DNA of 64,000 nucleotides from the human T2T-CHM13v2.0 reference genome, Homo sapiens. The DNA lies in NCBI RefSeq assembly GCF_009914755.1, contig NC_060935.1. One strand, written 5' to 3'. The position numbers were made by a program, and so were the translations under genes. The first letter of the stretch is position 1. Each line of letters opens with the position of its first letter. Under the pieces are notes generated by a model. The model ran no database searches. It saw only the letters and a list, made by a program, of their open reading frames with translations, and was not told the DNA's origin. Of this stretch, positions 1 through 20,152 are shown piece by piece.

Positions 1-959
1 GGTATCATCTGCTTTTAATGAATCTATTGGGACACAATGATTTTTAGGGGTTCAGAAACCATACTTTTTAATCAATCCCAGTAGCATGCATGAGATGAGC
101 ACTGAGCTTACTTTTCCAAGAAAAGGACTGAGCTCTTTACATTTACCTATATGGTTTCCCTCTCTGCCAGTTAGGGTCCTTGGCCACTGCCCTGTGGTGA
201 AGCTCTGCCCTGTCATCCTAGACAGTGGGCCCCTATGGAGCAGAAAGAAGCCAGTTGCCTCTAGTACTGAGAAAAGCAGAGTACCTGGTAAGCCCTCAGT
301 GAGATATTGTTGGCTAAGTTTGTCACAGAAGAGAGTGTCTGCCAAATGTACCACACCTTCCCTGACTGTTTGGGACGTGTTTTGAAATGTGAAAGACTCA
401 AATCCCAGCAGTGCAAAGCTGGACATCATGTCATTCAAGACAAGCTAGAGCTGTCTCTTTTTTTACAGGAAGGCACAGAGGTTACTGAGATTGAGCAATT
501 ATTACACTTATTGTCATTAAATTCTTCTTTGTGTTATTGTTATTATCAATCCCATCTGCCACTGCAGCTCTAGGATACAAGCAGCTTCCTACGTGGTGGA
601 TATGAGATAGGAGCCTTCCAGCCACTGGTACTCCAGAAGCCTTTGGAGGAGGGGAATCCCAATCATGTGGGGAAGGAAGGAACTATAATGTCTCATCATC
701 TCCACAAGCAGAACCAAGCCTTTTCTGAAGCCTTTTGTGGGCACTCACCTGTGTGTCAGTGCATCAGCCCAGACTGGGAAGCCCAGACTCAGAGTCATGT
801 TGCAGTGTAGGCATGAGGATATGTAAACAAGCAACTGAGGCTCCCTTCTATGCTGTGCAACTCGTGTATGACATAGGATCCTATGATATTAGCTTGTCAT
901 AGCAGCCATCCTGCCCAATGGTCTCACTTCTCCTTTTGCCTTCATTGTTCTACAGTAGC

Positions 960-1400
960 GCATGTGAGAGAGATGGTGGTATCTTAAGATAGGGTAGCAC
1001 TATGGAAAAGGAGAAAATTGGACAAATTCTAGACATTTTTGGAAGTATAAATGTCATGACTTGCAGATGTGGGAAGCTGAGAGAAGAGGGGCAATAGAGA
1101 TATGATGACTACCAGATTTTTAGCTTTAGCCACTGAGAGGAATTTTTTTTTTCCAAACTGAGATTCATCTTGCCTTCAGGCAACTTAGGTAGGAAGGCTG
1201 TGAGCAAGGGAGGAAAAATTAGCTCCATTTTCAAAATATTAATAGTGAGTTGCTTATTTGATCACTAAATAAGAAAACACTTGTATATATGAGTCTATGG
1301 TGCATGGAAGAGATATAAATGTTGGAGTCATTCACATATAAATGGCATGTTAAACCAGGGAACTGGAGAAGATCAGATAAGATGGCGATGTGAATGCTTT
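960..1400 (-). mobile_element. L2 LINE fragment
   Basis: Diverged antisense L2-like motifs (gatgactaccagatttttagc; gagatataaatgttggagtcatt...gaactggagaagatc). Confidence 0.6.
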
Positions 1401-2342
1401 TCGTTGACCGTAAGGAGCTTTGCACATAATGTGATGTTGTTATCTTGTCCATTCCTAGCTGAACATATCATTGGCCAAAGAAAATTATTTTCAAATTGGG
1501 GCTAGTCCTAGGTAATTAGACCTGGAAGCATTTGAGGGAGTAATTCAGAAAGAGAAAAGGAGTGGGCTGATCCCAGACCCTTCCCATCCCATGGCCCTGT
1601 GAGGCTGCGGAGCTTGCCGGAGCCCCAGCACCAGCTCAGAAATTGTCATCCTCCAGGCACACTTCCAATTCAATTAATCATGTTAATATCTATAAGTAAA
1701 GTGCAGTCAACAGTTACTTTAACAGTGAATGCTAATTATTAGTAGGATCCATCGCTTAAGAAGGACTTTTTGCCAATCTTGTCATGTCTGGGGAAAATAT
1801 CAGGAATAGAGTTGGCATTTCTGAGAAAATAGGATGATCAAACTATTAACGTCGTCCATGTTATAGGTGGACCCGGCTTGGACCATCAGTGTGATTATTA
1901 CAGGTGAAGATTAAGGACACTTGAGAGAAATGTTACAATTAAGATTTCCTCTCCCCTTGCTAAATAAATGGTTTCTTGCTGTTGCCTCTCACAATGGTTT
2001 TTGCTTTAGAAAGAGGCTCTGTAAGTACAGGATTTCTCAGTTAGCCAGTAGTACTAGGAAATATGGTGGCTGGGAAGGAGGGAAGGGAAACCAGATGTCC
2101 CCAGAGAGCCCGGTGGCTCACTGGACATTTGATCCAAAGACCCCAGGAAGCTGGGCTACTGAGGGTGCAACACATATCCAAGGACCCTCGAAACTTTCCT
2201 TCATTTGCACATCAATTCATTAGTGAAAGAAACAGGGACTGGGCCACTCCTAAGTTGCAGTCACTGGGGAGAGGTGGGTAAGTGGGCCTTCCCCTTGAAA
2301 AGTACCCAGACTGGTGGAAGTGACAAATGTGTAATCAAGTGT

Positions 2343-2550
2343 AATAACAGCTACGTCATGTTCAGTATTTACTGCATAAAGACATTTTCTCATTTAGCCT
2401 TTTTATCAACCTTATGCTGTAGATATTAGTTTCCTTTTCCAAAGGAGGAGAATGCGAACAGAAAATTGAGAAACTGAGAAATTACATAGTTTATTTCACG
2501 TTGCAGAATGATTAAATGAGGGGTCAAGACTTGAATTCAGCTTCAGTCCC
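2343..2550 (-). mobile_element. MIR SINE
   Basis: Reverse-complement MIR core (aaactgag...ggggtcaagacttgaattcag). Confidence 0.55.
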
Positions 2551-2780
2551 TTGCACTATATGTCTAGGCTGCACGAGTTTTTAAATACAAGTGAAGTCAT
2601 CTTTTGGGTTAGACTTCTAACCTCAATTCCCTGTCTTCAGAAATACTTTCAGCTACTTTGTTTCTTTTTAAATATGCTTCCATATTTTATATAAAATGTT
2701 AGATTTGACTTGATTTTTAATTTTATATTTCTATTGAATTTTATTATGGAAGATGAAGATTTAGCTCTTAAATTCACTAG

Positions 2781-2781
<1 letters not shown>

Positions 2782-2814
<33 letters not shown>
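2782..2814. repeat. (CA)16 microsatellite
   Basis: Perfect CA run read directly. Confidence 0.97.
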
Positions 2815-2817
<3 letters not shown>

Positions 2818-2974
2818 CACACCTTACTTCCCTCTCCCATTTTCTCAAAATCGTTATACACTTGTGGAGATAATTATTCATGTTTGTATCATTATTGTTA
2901 TGTAAACATGATGTATAGCTGAACCATGTATGTCTCTGTGGTTACATTCTTTTTTCCTCCCAGGAGTTGGTAAT

Positions 2975-4030
2975 TTGTATCTCTAACCTGAATCTTCCCC
3001 TGATTTCCATTCTCTTATATCTAATTGGCTACTCAGCATCTGCATTTGGATGTCTAATAGGCATCTCACAATTAATGTATGTGAAACTGAGTTCTTGATC
3101 TCTCCCATAGTCCAGTACTTCTCCCCCTCCACTTGGAAATGGGTGTTAATGGCAATTCCATCTCTCCACTTGCTCAGGCAAAAAATTCTGGAATTGTCCT
3201 TGACTCTTCTCTATCACTTCTTCCATTAGAAAATCCTATTGCTTTATCTTCAAAATGTGATGACCTCTCACCACCTGCACTGCTTTCTTTGGAACAAGCC
3301 ATGTCACCTCTCACCAGGTTCACTGAAGTAACCTTCTAACTGATGGCCCTGATCTCCCCAGACTATTCTTAACACTGCTGTGGGCTATCCTGTAATAGTG
3401 CTACTTGAGCTGTGTTGTGCTACTTTTCTACTTCAATCTTTGTAATGAATTCCATTCCCACTCAGAGCACAAGCAAAAATCCTTTCATAGTTTACATGAT
3501 CTGATCCACCACAGCCTCTCTGACCTCATCATTTTCAATCTCTTTGTTTCTCACTATACTCCAGCTACACCTGCCTTGCCCTTCCTCAAATGCAGAAGGC
3601 TACTCTCTCACCTCAGGGCATCTGTGCTTGCTCCTCTGTTTGGAATTTTCCCCAATTAACTGCATGGCTTGCTTCCTTACCTCATTTCTCCAGGTCCTTA
3701 TTCAAAAGTCACTCTCTCATAATGCCTTTCCTGACCTCCCTATTTAATATATTATTTAACTCCCCACTACTTAACTCCCTTTCCTGCTTATTTCTTCCCA
3801 TTGCATTACATATGTGTATTATATGTATACTTCTGTATATGTGTGTATATGTGTGCATGTGTGTATAATTTATTTTGCTCATTGTCTATCTTCACACACA
3901 AGAAATATAAGCTCCATGAGAGTAAATAATTTTTGCCTGTTTGGTTCACTGACAGATTCCCAGAACCCAGAGTACCAGGTACTCTGGTACAAATAATTGC
4001 TTTCTGTAAATGTTTGTTGAATGAAGAATA
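2975..4030 (+). mobile_element. L2 (L2a-like) 3' portion
   Basis: catttggatgtctaataggcatctc motif and terminal taaatgtttgttgaatgaa tail. Confidence 0.75.
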
Positions 4031-4058
4031 GAGGAATGAACTATATTGTTTTTGTTTG

Positions 4059-4061
<3 letters not shown>

Positions 4062-4095
<34 letters not shown>

Positions 4096-4102
4096 TGTGT
4101 GT
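4062..4102. repeat. (TG)n microsatellite with GCGC interruption
   Basis: Uninterrupted purine-pyrimidine alternation read directly. Confidence 0.95.
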
Positions 4103-4249
4103 CCATGCAGCTAATTCATCCCAAACTCTGTCAGACATTTAAGTCTCTTAGTGAATACATCAGGTTTCATTTCTTTCTATAGAGGACAACATTTTAGGAC
4201 AAAGAGCATGCCTGGCAGTGGTGTAGGAAGGCAAATGAAAAGAATCAGA

Positions 4250-4388
4250 TTGAAAAACTGCCTGCTGGGTACTATGCCTATTACCTGGGTGACAAGATAA
4301 TCTGTATACCAAATCCCCATGATACACAATTTACCTATATAACAAACCTGCACATGTACCCCTGAACCTTAAAAAAAGTTTAAAAAAA
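4250..4388 (+). mobile_element. Short L1 3' end (older L1PA/L1PB type)
   Basis: gggtactatgcctattacctgggtgac...aacaaacctgcacatgtacccctgaacc followed by an A tail. Confidence 0.8.
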
Positions 4389-4399
4389 TCAATACATAA

Positions 4400-7550
<3,151 letters not shown>

Positions 7551-7732
7551 ATCTAACATCTTTGCCAGCCCTACTGTTAACTAACCTCCTTCCAGAATGT
7601 TTTTCATGACATCAGCTTTGGTCTCCGGGTGAAAATGTGTGGTGGTTGGGTTCACAAGCATATGGACCACAACCACATCTCCCCTTCCCAGTCCAGGAAA
7701 ATATGTGTGAAAAGGAAATTGAAGTGAGGACA

Positions 7733-7994
7733 TTGTGTGGTTGTTTAATAAAGGGTTAAGTCACTAGGCTTGGTGTGCTTGAACCTGCACATTCTAAAGA
7801 AAGTACCAGCTCTTTACTGGTTCCTGAGAGATAATTTCTAAACCCTTAGAATATTCTGCCTAAGAGTTCTTTATATGACAGAACTTGGGCCAATCCAGAA
7901 AACTGTAACTCTGAATATAACAGCATTTCTGGGTCCTGTGAGTCCTTCTAGTGAATTATTGAACCTGAGGATGGTACTGGGGACCCCTGACACA
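7733..7994 (+). mobile_element. ERVL LTR fragment, MER21-like
   Basis: 3' end gtcctgtgagtccttctagtgaattattgaacctgagg...ggggacccctgacaca resembles recalled MER21. Confidence 0.6.
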
Positions 7995-8139
7995 ATGGTA
8001 CTAAAAAAATATTGAGGAGACTGGGGTATCAAAAGTGTATTAATTTCTTGCCCACCTTGTGTGACCTTCTGTAAAGCCAATATTTAATAAGTTTGCTGAT
8101 ATAAATATACAAGTAGTATTAAAGAATAATTCACGAGGA

Positions 8140-9520
8140 CTTCCAGTTAAATCCATCAGGTGAAAAACATAAGATGCTACCCCCATTATCTCTTGAGAAC
8201 TCCCCCATAAAATGAGAGTAGATGAACTACAAAAGGAATAAGCAATAGAAGACTTTTTGCTTTAACCATTCAGTTATAAATGCAATTAATTTATATTGTA
8301 GGACATTATGAATGTCCTACAATCTGAGGCAAACCAACATCACAAAAGACAAGGTACAAAATAAAAATATATATCAACTCATCACTGAATAAAAAGAGAC
8401 TAAAGCGAGAAGAAAGTATTCTAATTAACATCTATCACTAAGGACCAAGCGAGATCAGTGAAAACAAGTTATCCAGATAACTTTTGGAGAAATTTCAGAA
8501 GGCATAAGTACAAAGTAAAAGTATGAAAAGACAATCTTAAAACCTGCTTGGGAGGAAAAAAAAACCTACATAAGAATGGCATCAAACATTTCAACTGAAA
8601 CATGAAATACAAGAAGACTTTGTGATGTAAAATGATTCTGAAATACAATAATTTTAACCTAAACTCTATGCCCAGCCAACTTTCTGTTAAGAATTAGAGC
8701 ACAATAAATACTAATTTTTATTATACTTGAAGTTCTAGGATACATGTGCACAACGTGCAGGTTTGTTACACAGGTATACGTGTGCCATGTGGGTTTGCCG
8801 CACCCATCAACTCGTCATTTACATTAGGTATTTCTCCTACTGCTATCCCTCCCCCAGCTCCCCACCTCCCAACAGGCCCCAGTGTGTGATGTTCCCCACC
8901 CTGTATCCATGTGTTCTCATTGTTCAACTCCCACTTATGAGTGAGAACATGCGGTGTTTGGTTTTCTGTCCTTGCAATAGTGGTGGTTTCCAGCTTCATC
9001 CATGTCCCTGAAAAGGACATGAACTCATCCTTTTTTACAGCTGCATAGTATTCCACTGTGTATAAATATTATTTTAACTACCTGTGAAACTCACTGGAAT
9101 TTTTTAGAAGCCCTTAATGACATACTCAAGCAAAATGAGCCACGTGTCATGGTTTTCATTTTGGAAGGATAGATGATGGTTTTAAGAAACGGTAGCAGTT
9201 ACAGAAATGAGAACATTTTAAACATGGTTTAAATGTTTATTAATAATTTGGCTGTGAAACATAATGGAATAGTAAGAAACCATATGTAAAATAAAGAAGC
9301 ATAATAAATTCTAGAGGAAGATTTGGAAATAAAGTTAACAAGCTTCATTTAATTGACAAATAGAAATTTGTCCCCTATGAATAAAGCATACATTGTTTCC
9401 AAGTGCATTTGAGCACAAATAATAGAATAGAATGGAATTTAAAAGTGGTTGAAACCATCAGGGCATATTCTCTGAACTCAAGGCAATAAAGCTACAAGAC
9501 AAAGATATAGTCCTTTGCAA
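8140..9520 (+). mobile_element. Very old L1 (ORF1 and endonuclease region) fragment
   Basis: A-rich, with ORF1-like ctctatgcccagccaactttc and EN-like catacattgtttccaagtgca...atattctctga. Split by the L1PA at 8714. Confidence 0.5.
8714..9062 (-). mobile_element. L1PA (PA5-7-like) 3' end
   Basis: ttattatacttgaagttctagg...acatgtgcacaacgtgcagg antisense 3' UTR, with imperfect ataaata-ta flanks. Confidence 0.88.
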
Positions 9521-10340
9521 AAATCCATCTTCTCAAAAATTTTTTAATTTCCGTTTTTAGTTTGGATATCGGGGGTACATGTGCAGGTTTGTTACGAGGG
9601 TGTGTTGTCTGATGCTGAGGTTTGGGCTTCTATTGGTCCTGTCATGGAGATAGTGCACATAGTGTCCAATAGGAAGCTTTTCGGCCCTTGCACCCCTCCC
9701 TTCCTCCCTCCGTTTGGAGTCCGTAGTATCTCTTGTCCCCATGTCTATGTCCATGTGCACCCAAAATTTAGCCACCACTTATAAGTGAGAATACATAATA
9801 TTGGTTTTCTGTTTCTGCATTAATTCAGTTAGAATAATGACCTCCAACGGCATTTGTGTTTCTGTAAGGACATGATTTTGTTCTATTCCATGATGTATAT
9901 GTACCATATTTTCTTTATCCTGTCCACCACTGATGGGCACCTAGGTTGATTCCATGTCTTTATTATTGTGAAGTGTTGCAGTGAACATACAAGTGCACCC
10001 CTCTTTTTGGTAGAATGATGTATTTTCCTTTGGGTATATACCCATAAGTGAGATTGCCAGGTCAGATGGTAGTTCTATTTTTAGTTCTTTGAGAAATCAT
10101 CAAACTGCTTTCTACACTGGCTGAACTAATTTAGATTGCAACCAACAGTGTATAAGCATTCCCTTTTCTCTGCAGCCTTACCAACATCTGCTATTTTTTG
10201 ACTTTTTAATAAAAGTAATTCTGATTAGTGTGAGAGAGTATCTCATTGTGGTTTTCATTTGCATTGTGGTTTTCATTGAGCATTTTTAATTATGTTTATT
10301 GAATGCTTATATGTCTTATTTTGAGAAGTATCTGTTCATA

Positions 10341-10675
<335 letters not shown>

Positions 10676-12673
10676 CTAATGAGGTTTTTTTTTCTTGTTG
10701 ATTTGCTTAATTTCCTTATAGATTCTGTATATTAGTCCTTAATTTAGATGCATAATTTCTGAATATTTTCTCTCATTCTGTATGTTATTTACTGATAGTT
10801 TCTTTTGCTGTACAGAAGCTGTTTATTTTAATTTGGTTCTACTTGTCAATTTTTGCTTTTCTTGCAATTGCTTTTGAGGACTTAGTCATACATTATTTGC
10901 TTAGGCTGATATCCACAATGGTATTTCCTAAGTTTTCTTCTAAGATTTTTATAGTTTGAGGCCTTACATTAAATCTTTAATATATTTTGAGTTAATTTTT
11001 GTATATTATGATAGATAGGGGTCCACTTTTTTTCTTCTGCATATGGTTGTCAAGTTATTCTGACAGCATTTATTCAATAAGGAATCTTTTTGCCATTGCT
11101 TATTTTTGTCAGTATTGTAGATCAGTTGGTTGTAGCTGTGTGGCTTTATTTACTGGTTCTCTAATCTGTTGCAATGGTCTGTATGTCTATTGTTCTACCA
11201 GTACCATATTCTTTTGGTTACTGTAGCTTTGTAGTATAGTTTAAAGTAAAGTGATGCCTCTGGCTTTGCTCTTTGCTTAGGATTGCTTTTGCTATTCAGG
11301 CTGTTTTTTTTATTTTTTGTTTCATATGAATTTTAGAATAGCTTTTTCTAATTCTGTGAAAAATGACATTGCTAGTTTGATAAGAAGAGCACTGAATCTA
11401 TAGATTGCTTTGGGCCATATGGACATTTTAACAATAGTGATTCCTCCAATCCATGAGCATGGAATATTTTTTCATTTGTACTGCCTATGATTTCTTTCAG
11501 TAGTTTTTTGTAGTTCTTCTTGCAGAGATTTTTCATTTCCTTCATTAGATGTATCCCTAGGTATTTTTTTTGTGTGTGTGTATTACAAATGGGATTACAT
11601 TATTGATTCCATGCTCAGCTTGAACATTATTGTTGTACAGAAATGCTACTAACTTAAATATGTTGATTTTTTATCCTGAAACTTTACTGAAGTTGTTTAT
11701 CAGGTCTAGGAGACTTTGGTGGAGACTTAAGGGTTTTCTAGGTATAGAATCATACTGTCAGCAAAGAGAGATAATTTGACTTCCTCTTTTCCTATTTAGA
11801 TGTCTTTTATTTATTTCTCTTGTCTGATCACTCTGGCTAGAACTTCCAGTATTATGCTGAATAGAAGTGGTGAGAGTAGGCATCCTTATCTTGTTCCAGT
11901 TCTTAAGGGGAATGCTACCAGCTTTTGTTCATTCAGTATTATGTTGGCTGTGGATTTGTCATAGATGGCTCTTTCTATTTTGAGGTATGTTCCTTCAATG
12001 CCTAGTTTGTTGAGGTTTTTTTTTTTTTTTATCATGAAGTAATGTTGAATTTTATCTAAAGCTTTCTCTGTGTATATTGAGATGATCTTTTTTTTTAATA
12101 ATTCTGCTTATATGGCCAATCACATTTATTCATTTGCATATGTTGAGCCAACCTTATTCTGTGTAATAAAGCCTACTTGATCATAGTGAATTAACATTTT
12201 GATGTGCTGCTGAATTAAGTTTGCTGGTATTTTGTTGAGGATTTTTGTTCTATGTTCATTAGGGATATTGACCTGTAATTTTCTTTTTTGTTGTTTTGTC
12301 TTTGCCAGATTTTGGTGTCAGGATGATACTGGTTTTCTAGAATGAGCCTCCTTCTCAATTTTTGGAATAGTTTCTGAAGGACTGCCTCCAGCTCTTCTTT
12401 CTATGCCTGATATAATTCAGCTGTGAATCCATCTTGTCCAGAGCTTTTTCTCACTGATAGGTTTTTTTTTATTACTGATTCAATTTCTGAGCTCATTACT
12501 GATCTGTTCAGGTTTTCAATTTCTTCCTGATTCAGTCTTGGGAGGTTGTGTGTTTCCAGGAATTTATCCATTTCCTCTAGATTATCTAGTTTGTGTGCAT
12601 AGAGTTGTTCATAATAATCTCTGATGATCTTTTGTATTCCTGTGGGATTGGTTGTAATGTCACCATTGTCATT

Positions 12674-13264
12674 TCTTTTTCTTTTTTTTTTTTAATATAC
12701 TTTAAGTTTTAGGGTACATGTGCACAACGTGCAGGCTTGTTACATATGTATAGATGTGCCATGTTTGTGTGCTGCACCCATTAACTCATCATTTAACATT
12801 AGGTATATCTCCTAATGCTATCCCTCCCCCCTTCCCCCACCCCACAACAGGCCCCAGTGTGTGATGTTCCCCTTCCTGTGTCCATGTGTTCTCATTGTTC
12901 AATTCCCACCTATGAGTGAGAACATGTGGTATTTGGTTTTTTGTCCTTGTGATAGTTTGCTGAGAATGATGGTTTCCAGCTTCATCCATGTCCCTACAAA
13001 GGACATGAACTCATCATTTTTTATAGGTGCATAGTATTCCATGGTGTATATGTGCCACATTTTCTTAATCTAGTCTATCATTGTTGGACATTTGGGTTGG
13101 TTCCAAGTCTTTGCTATTGTGAATAGTGCCGCGATAAACATACGTGTGCATGTGTCTTTATAGCAGCATGTTTTGTAATCCTTTGGGTATATACCCAGTA
13201 ATGGGATGGCTGGGTCAAATGGTATTTCTAGTTCTAGATCCCTGAGGAATAGCCACACTGACTT
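12674..13264 (-). mobile_element. 5'-truncated L1PA (PA3-5-like) nested in the older L1
   Basis: Poly-T, then aatatactttaagttttagggtac. ORF 13070..13258 is the ORF2 C-terminus. Confidence 0.92.
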
Positions 13265-13729
13265 GATTGTGCTTGTTTAGATCCCTCTTTTTCTTTGTTA
13301 ATCTAGCTAGTAGTCGATTAATCTTGTTTATCCTTTCAGAGAACAAACTTTTCATTTCATTGATCATCTGTATGTTTTTTGGCAGTCTCAAGTTTTTTTT
13401 AGTTCTGCTATGATTTTAGCCATTTCTTTTCCTCTGCCAGCTCTGGGATTAGTTTGTTCTTGTTTTTCTAATTCCTTTAGGTACAAGTCAGATTATTAAT
13501 TTGAGATTTTTCTATCTTCTTGATGTAGGTGTATATCCCTGTAAACTTTACTCTTAACACTGCTTTTGCTCTCAGAGATTTGGGTATGTTGTTTCTCCGT
13601 TTTCATTTGTTTCAAAGAATTTTCAAATTTCTGCCCTAATTTCAATGTTTACCCAAAAGACATTCAGGAGCAAGTTGTTTAATTTACATGTAAAATATGT
13701 GGTTTTGAGAGTTCTTCTGGGCATTTCTA

Positions 13730-13903
13730 TTTTTTTTTTAATTTTTATTTCCATAGGTTTTGGGGGAACAGGTGGTATTTGGTTACATCAGTAGGTTCTT
13801 TAGTGGTGATTTGTGAGATTTTGGTGTACCCATCACCCGAGCGGTATATACTGAACCCAATTTGCAGTCTCTTATCCCTCACCCACCTCCCACTATTTTC
13901 CCC
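13730..13903 (-). mobile_element. L1PB1-like 3' end fragment
   Basis: Poly-T, then ccataggttttgggggaacaggtggtatttggttaca. Interrupts the host L1 at tttctatttt/attccactgtgg. Confidence 0.75.
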
Positions 13904-16900
13904 ATTTTATTCCACTGTGGTCTGAAAAAATGCTTAGTATGATTCAGTTTTTTGGGATTTATTGAGACTTGCCTTATGGCCAAACATGTGGTCAATTTCA
14001 GATTATGTTCTGTGTGCAGATGAGAAGAATGTACATTCTATGATTGTTGAGGGGAGTATTCTTAAAATGTCTGTTAGGTCCAATCTGTCAAGTGTCTAAT
14101 TTAAATCTATAATTTGTTTGTTAGTTTTCTACAAAGAGAGAATCTGTCTAATGCTTCTTGGTGGGATGTTGAAGTTTCCCACTATTATTGTGTGACTGTC
14201 TAAGTCTTTTCCTGGGTCTATAAGTACTTGTTTATGAATCCCAATGTGGGATACATTTAGATTCAGGATAGTTAAGTCTTCTTGTTGAATTGAACCCTTT
14301 ATCATTATGTAATGACTTTCTTTGTCCGTTTTTATTATTGTTGGTTTAATGTATGTTTTACCTGATGGAAGAATAGCTACCCCTGTTCTTTTTTGCTTCC
14401 TGTTTGCGTAATAGATTTTTCTCCATCCATTTACTTTGAGCCTATAAGTGTCATTGCATGTAAGATGGGTCTCTTGAAGACAGCAAAAAGTGGCTTTTGT
14501 TTTTTTATTCATCCTGTCACTCTATGTCATTTAAGTGTTTAGACCATTTACATTCATGGTTAATATTGATATGTGAGGTTTTGTTTCTGTTATGATGTTG
14601 TTAGCAGGTTTCTTTGTAGTCTGATTGCATAGTTGCTTTATAGAGTCTTTGGCTTATGTACTTATATGTGTTTTTGTGGTAACAGATTTTGTTCTTTCAT
14701 TTCTATGTTTGGAACTTTCTTAAGCATCTCTTATAAGGCTAGTCTAGTGGTAACAAATTCCCTTAGTGATTGCTTGTCCTCAGAACTATTTTAGTCCCTT
14801 TATTAATATTTAGTTTACATATAATAAAATTAACCAATTTTAAGCATATAAGTTTTGTCCCATACTTATAATCATGTAAACATTGTCATGATCACAACAT
14901 AGACTATTTCTATCTTCAAAGATTATGCCCTCTGCAATCAATCTTTTCCTCCTACTCCTGGTCTCCTGCATCCGCCAATCACTTTATCTCGCTGTATTTT
15001 TGCTTTTCCTAGAATTTGATGTAAGTATCATATAGTGATACGAGTGATGTATGATGTGTATGATGTGAGTATCATATAGTACATTGTCTTTTGTGTCTGG
15101 CTTCTTTCATTCAACATAGTGCTTTTGAGATTTATACATGTTGTTTCTTGTATCAGTAGCTTGTTCCATTTGGTTGCTGGTTAATATGCCATTGTATGAA
15201 TATACCACACTTTGTTTATTCATTCCCCAGTTGATAGACATCTAGGCTTCTTTTCAGTTTGGGTCAGAACAATGACGTACAAGTCTTTGCATGACTCCAT
15301 GATGTTATTTCACTTGGGTAAATAACTAAGTGTGGGATTACTGGGTCATTTGACAAGAGAATGTGTAATTGTAAGGGAAACTGCCACATTTGCCTTTCAA
15401 ACAGCAGCTTATGAGATGGTCAGTTCCTCCACATCCTACACAACAATTCATATTGTCACTCTTTCATTTTAGTTAGACTAAATAATTAGACTAGTGGTTG
15501 TGTAGCAATATCTCACTATGGTTCCATTTAATTTTGATAAAGTAAGTAGATTTAGATCTTTTGCCCATATTTTTGTCAGATTGTCTGAAATATATGACTT
15601 CTATATATTTATACATACAGTCTTTTATTGGCTTTATATTTTACAAATATCATTCAGCATGTGGCCTGCCCTTCCCCTTTTCCACAATATGTTTTGAAGA
15701 GCAAAAGTTTTTTACTTTAATGAAGTACAGTTTATCCATTTTTTTGTATTTGGCTTTGGGCTTTTTGTGTCCATCTAAGGATTTGTTGTCTAATCCAAAT
15801 TGTGGACATTTTCTCCTATGTTTTCTTGTAGAAGATTCATAGTTTTACTTTTTACATTTAGATCTATTGTCCATTTCCATTAAAATCCTTCATACAAAGT
15901 GAACAAAACATCATGGTTCTTTTTTTGTTTCTTTGTTTGCAAATAGATATCCAATTATTCAGCACCATTTGTTAAAAAGAGTATCCTTTATTAAATTATG
16001 CAGCACCCTTCTAGAAAAATCATGAACATTTAATGAGGGTCTGTTGACCATATAAATGAGGGTTTAGGTATAGCCTCTTCATTTTGTTCCATTGAGTGCT
16101 ATGTCTGTCCTTTTGCCAGTACCTCACTATTTTGATTAATGTAGTTTTATTCTAAATCTCATAATCCAGTAGTGTTAAGTCTTCCCATTTTTTGCTTATT
16201 CAAAATAAGTTTGAATGTTCTAGGTTCTTTGCATTTTCATATTAATTTTAGAATCAGTATTTCAACATCTATGAAATATATATTGGGATTTTGATTGGAA
16301 TGGCACTAAATTTATAGATCAATGGGAATGAATTGATATCTTAGCTATGTTGAGTATCCCAATCCATGAGCATGGAAACGCTTCATATATTTATATCTTA
16401 TCTAATTTCTCTCATCAATGTTTGTAGTTTTCAGCATATAGGTCTTGCACATAATTTGTTAAATGCACCCCTAACTATACATGTAAATGCATTGTTAAAT
16501 TTTACTCCTCAATTATTTCATTGCTAGTATATAAAAATCATATTGCTTTTGTACTGGCTTTGTTGACTTTGCTAAACTTATTTGTTTTAGTAGCATTATT
16601 TATATTTCTAAGGATTTTCTGCATAAGTAAGCATTGCATTGGAAGTTAAGATGATTTTGCTTCTTTTTAATGTATATGTCTTTTATTTCTATCTTATTTC
16701 ATTGACTGAAACTTCCAGTACAATATTGAACAGAAGAGATGAGAGCAGACATCCTCCCAATGCTCCTCTAGGGAGAAATTTTCAGTCTTTCTTCATGAGT
16801 ATAATGTTAGCCGTAGCTTTTTACAGATCCCCATCCTAAGAGAAGGAAGTCTCCTTCTATTCCAGGTTTGCTGGAGCTTCTATCCTGAATAAATATTGAC

Positions 16901-17062
16901 TTTTATCAAATGATCATTTTGCCTCTATTCATGTTTTTTTTAGTCTATGATTTGGTGATTTACCTTGATTATGATGTTCAAATGTTAAGCCAACCTTACA
17001 TTCCCAGAATAAATCTTACTTTTTCAGAATACATGTCCTTTTTAACATTTGTATGAGTTTAG

Positions 17063-20152
<3,090 letters not shown>

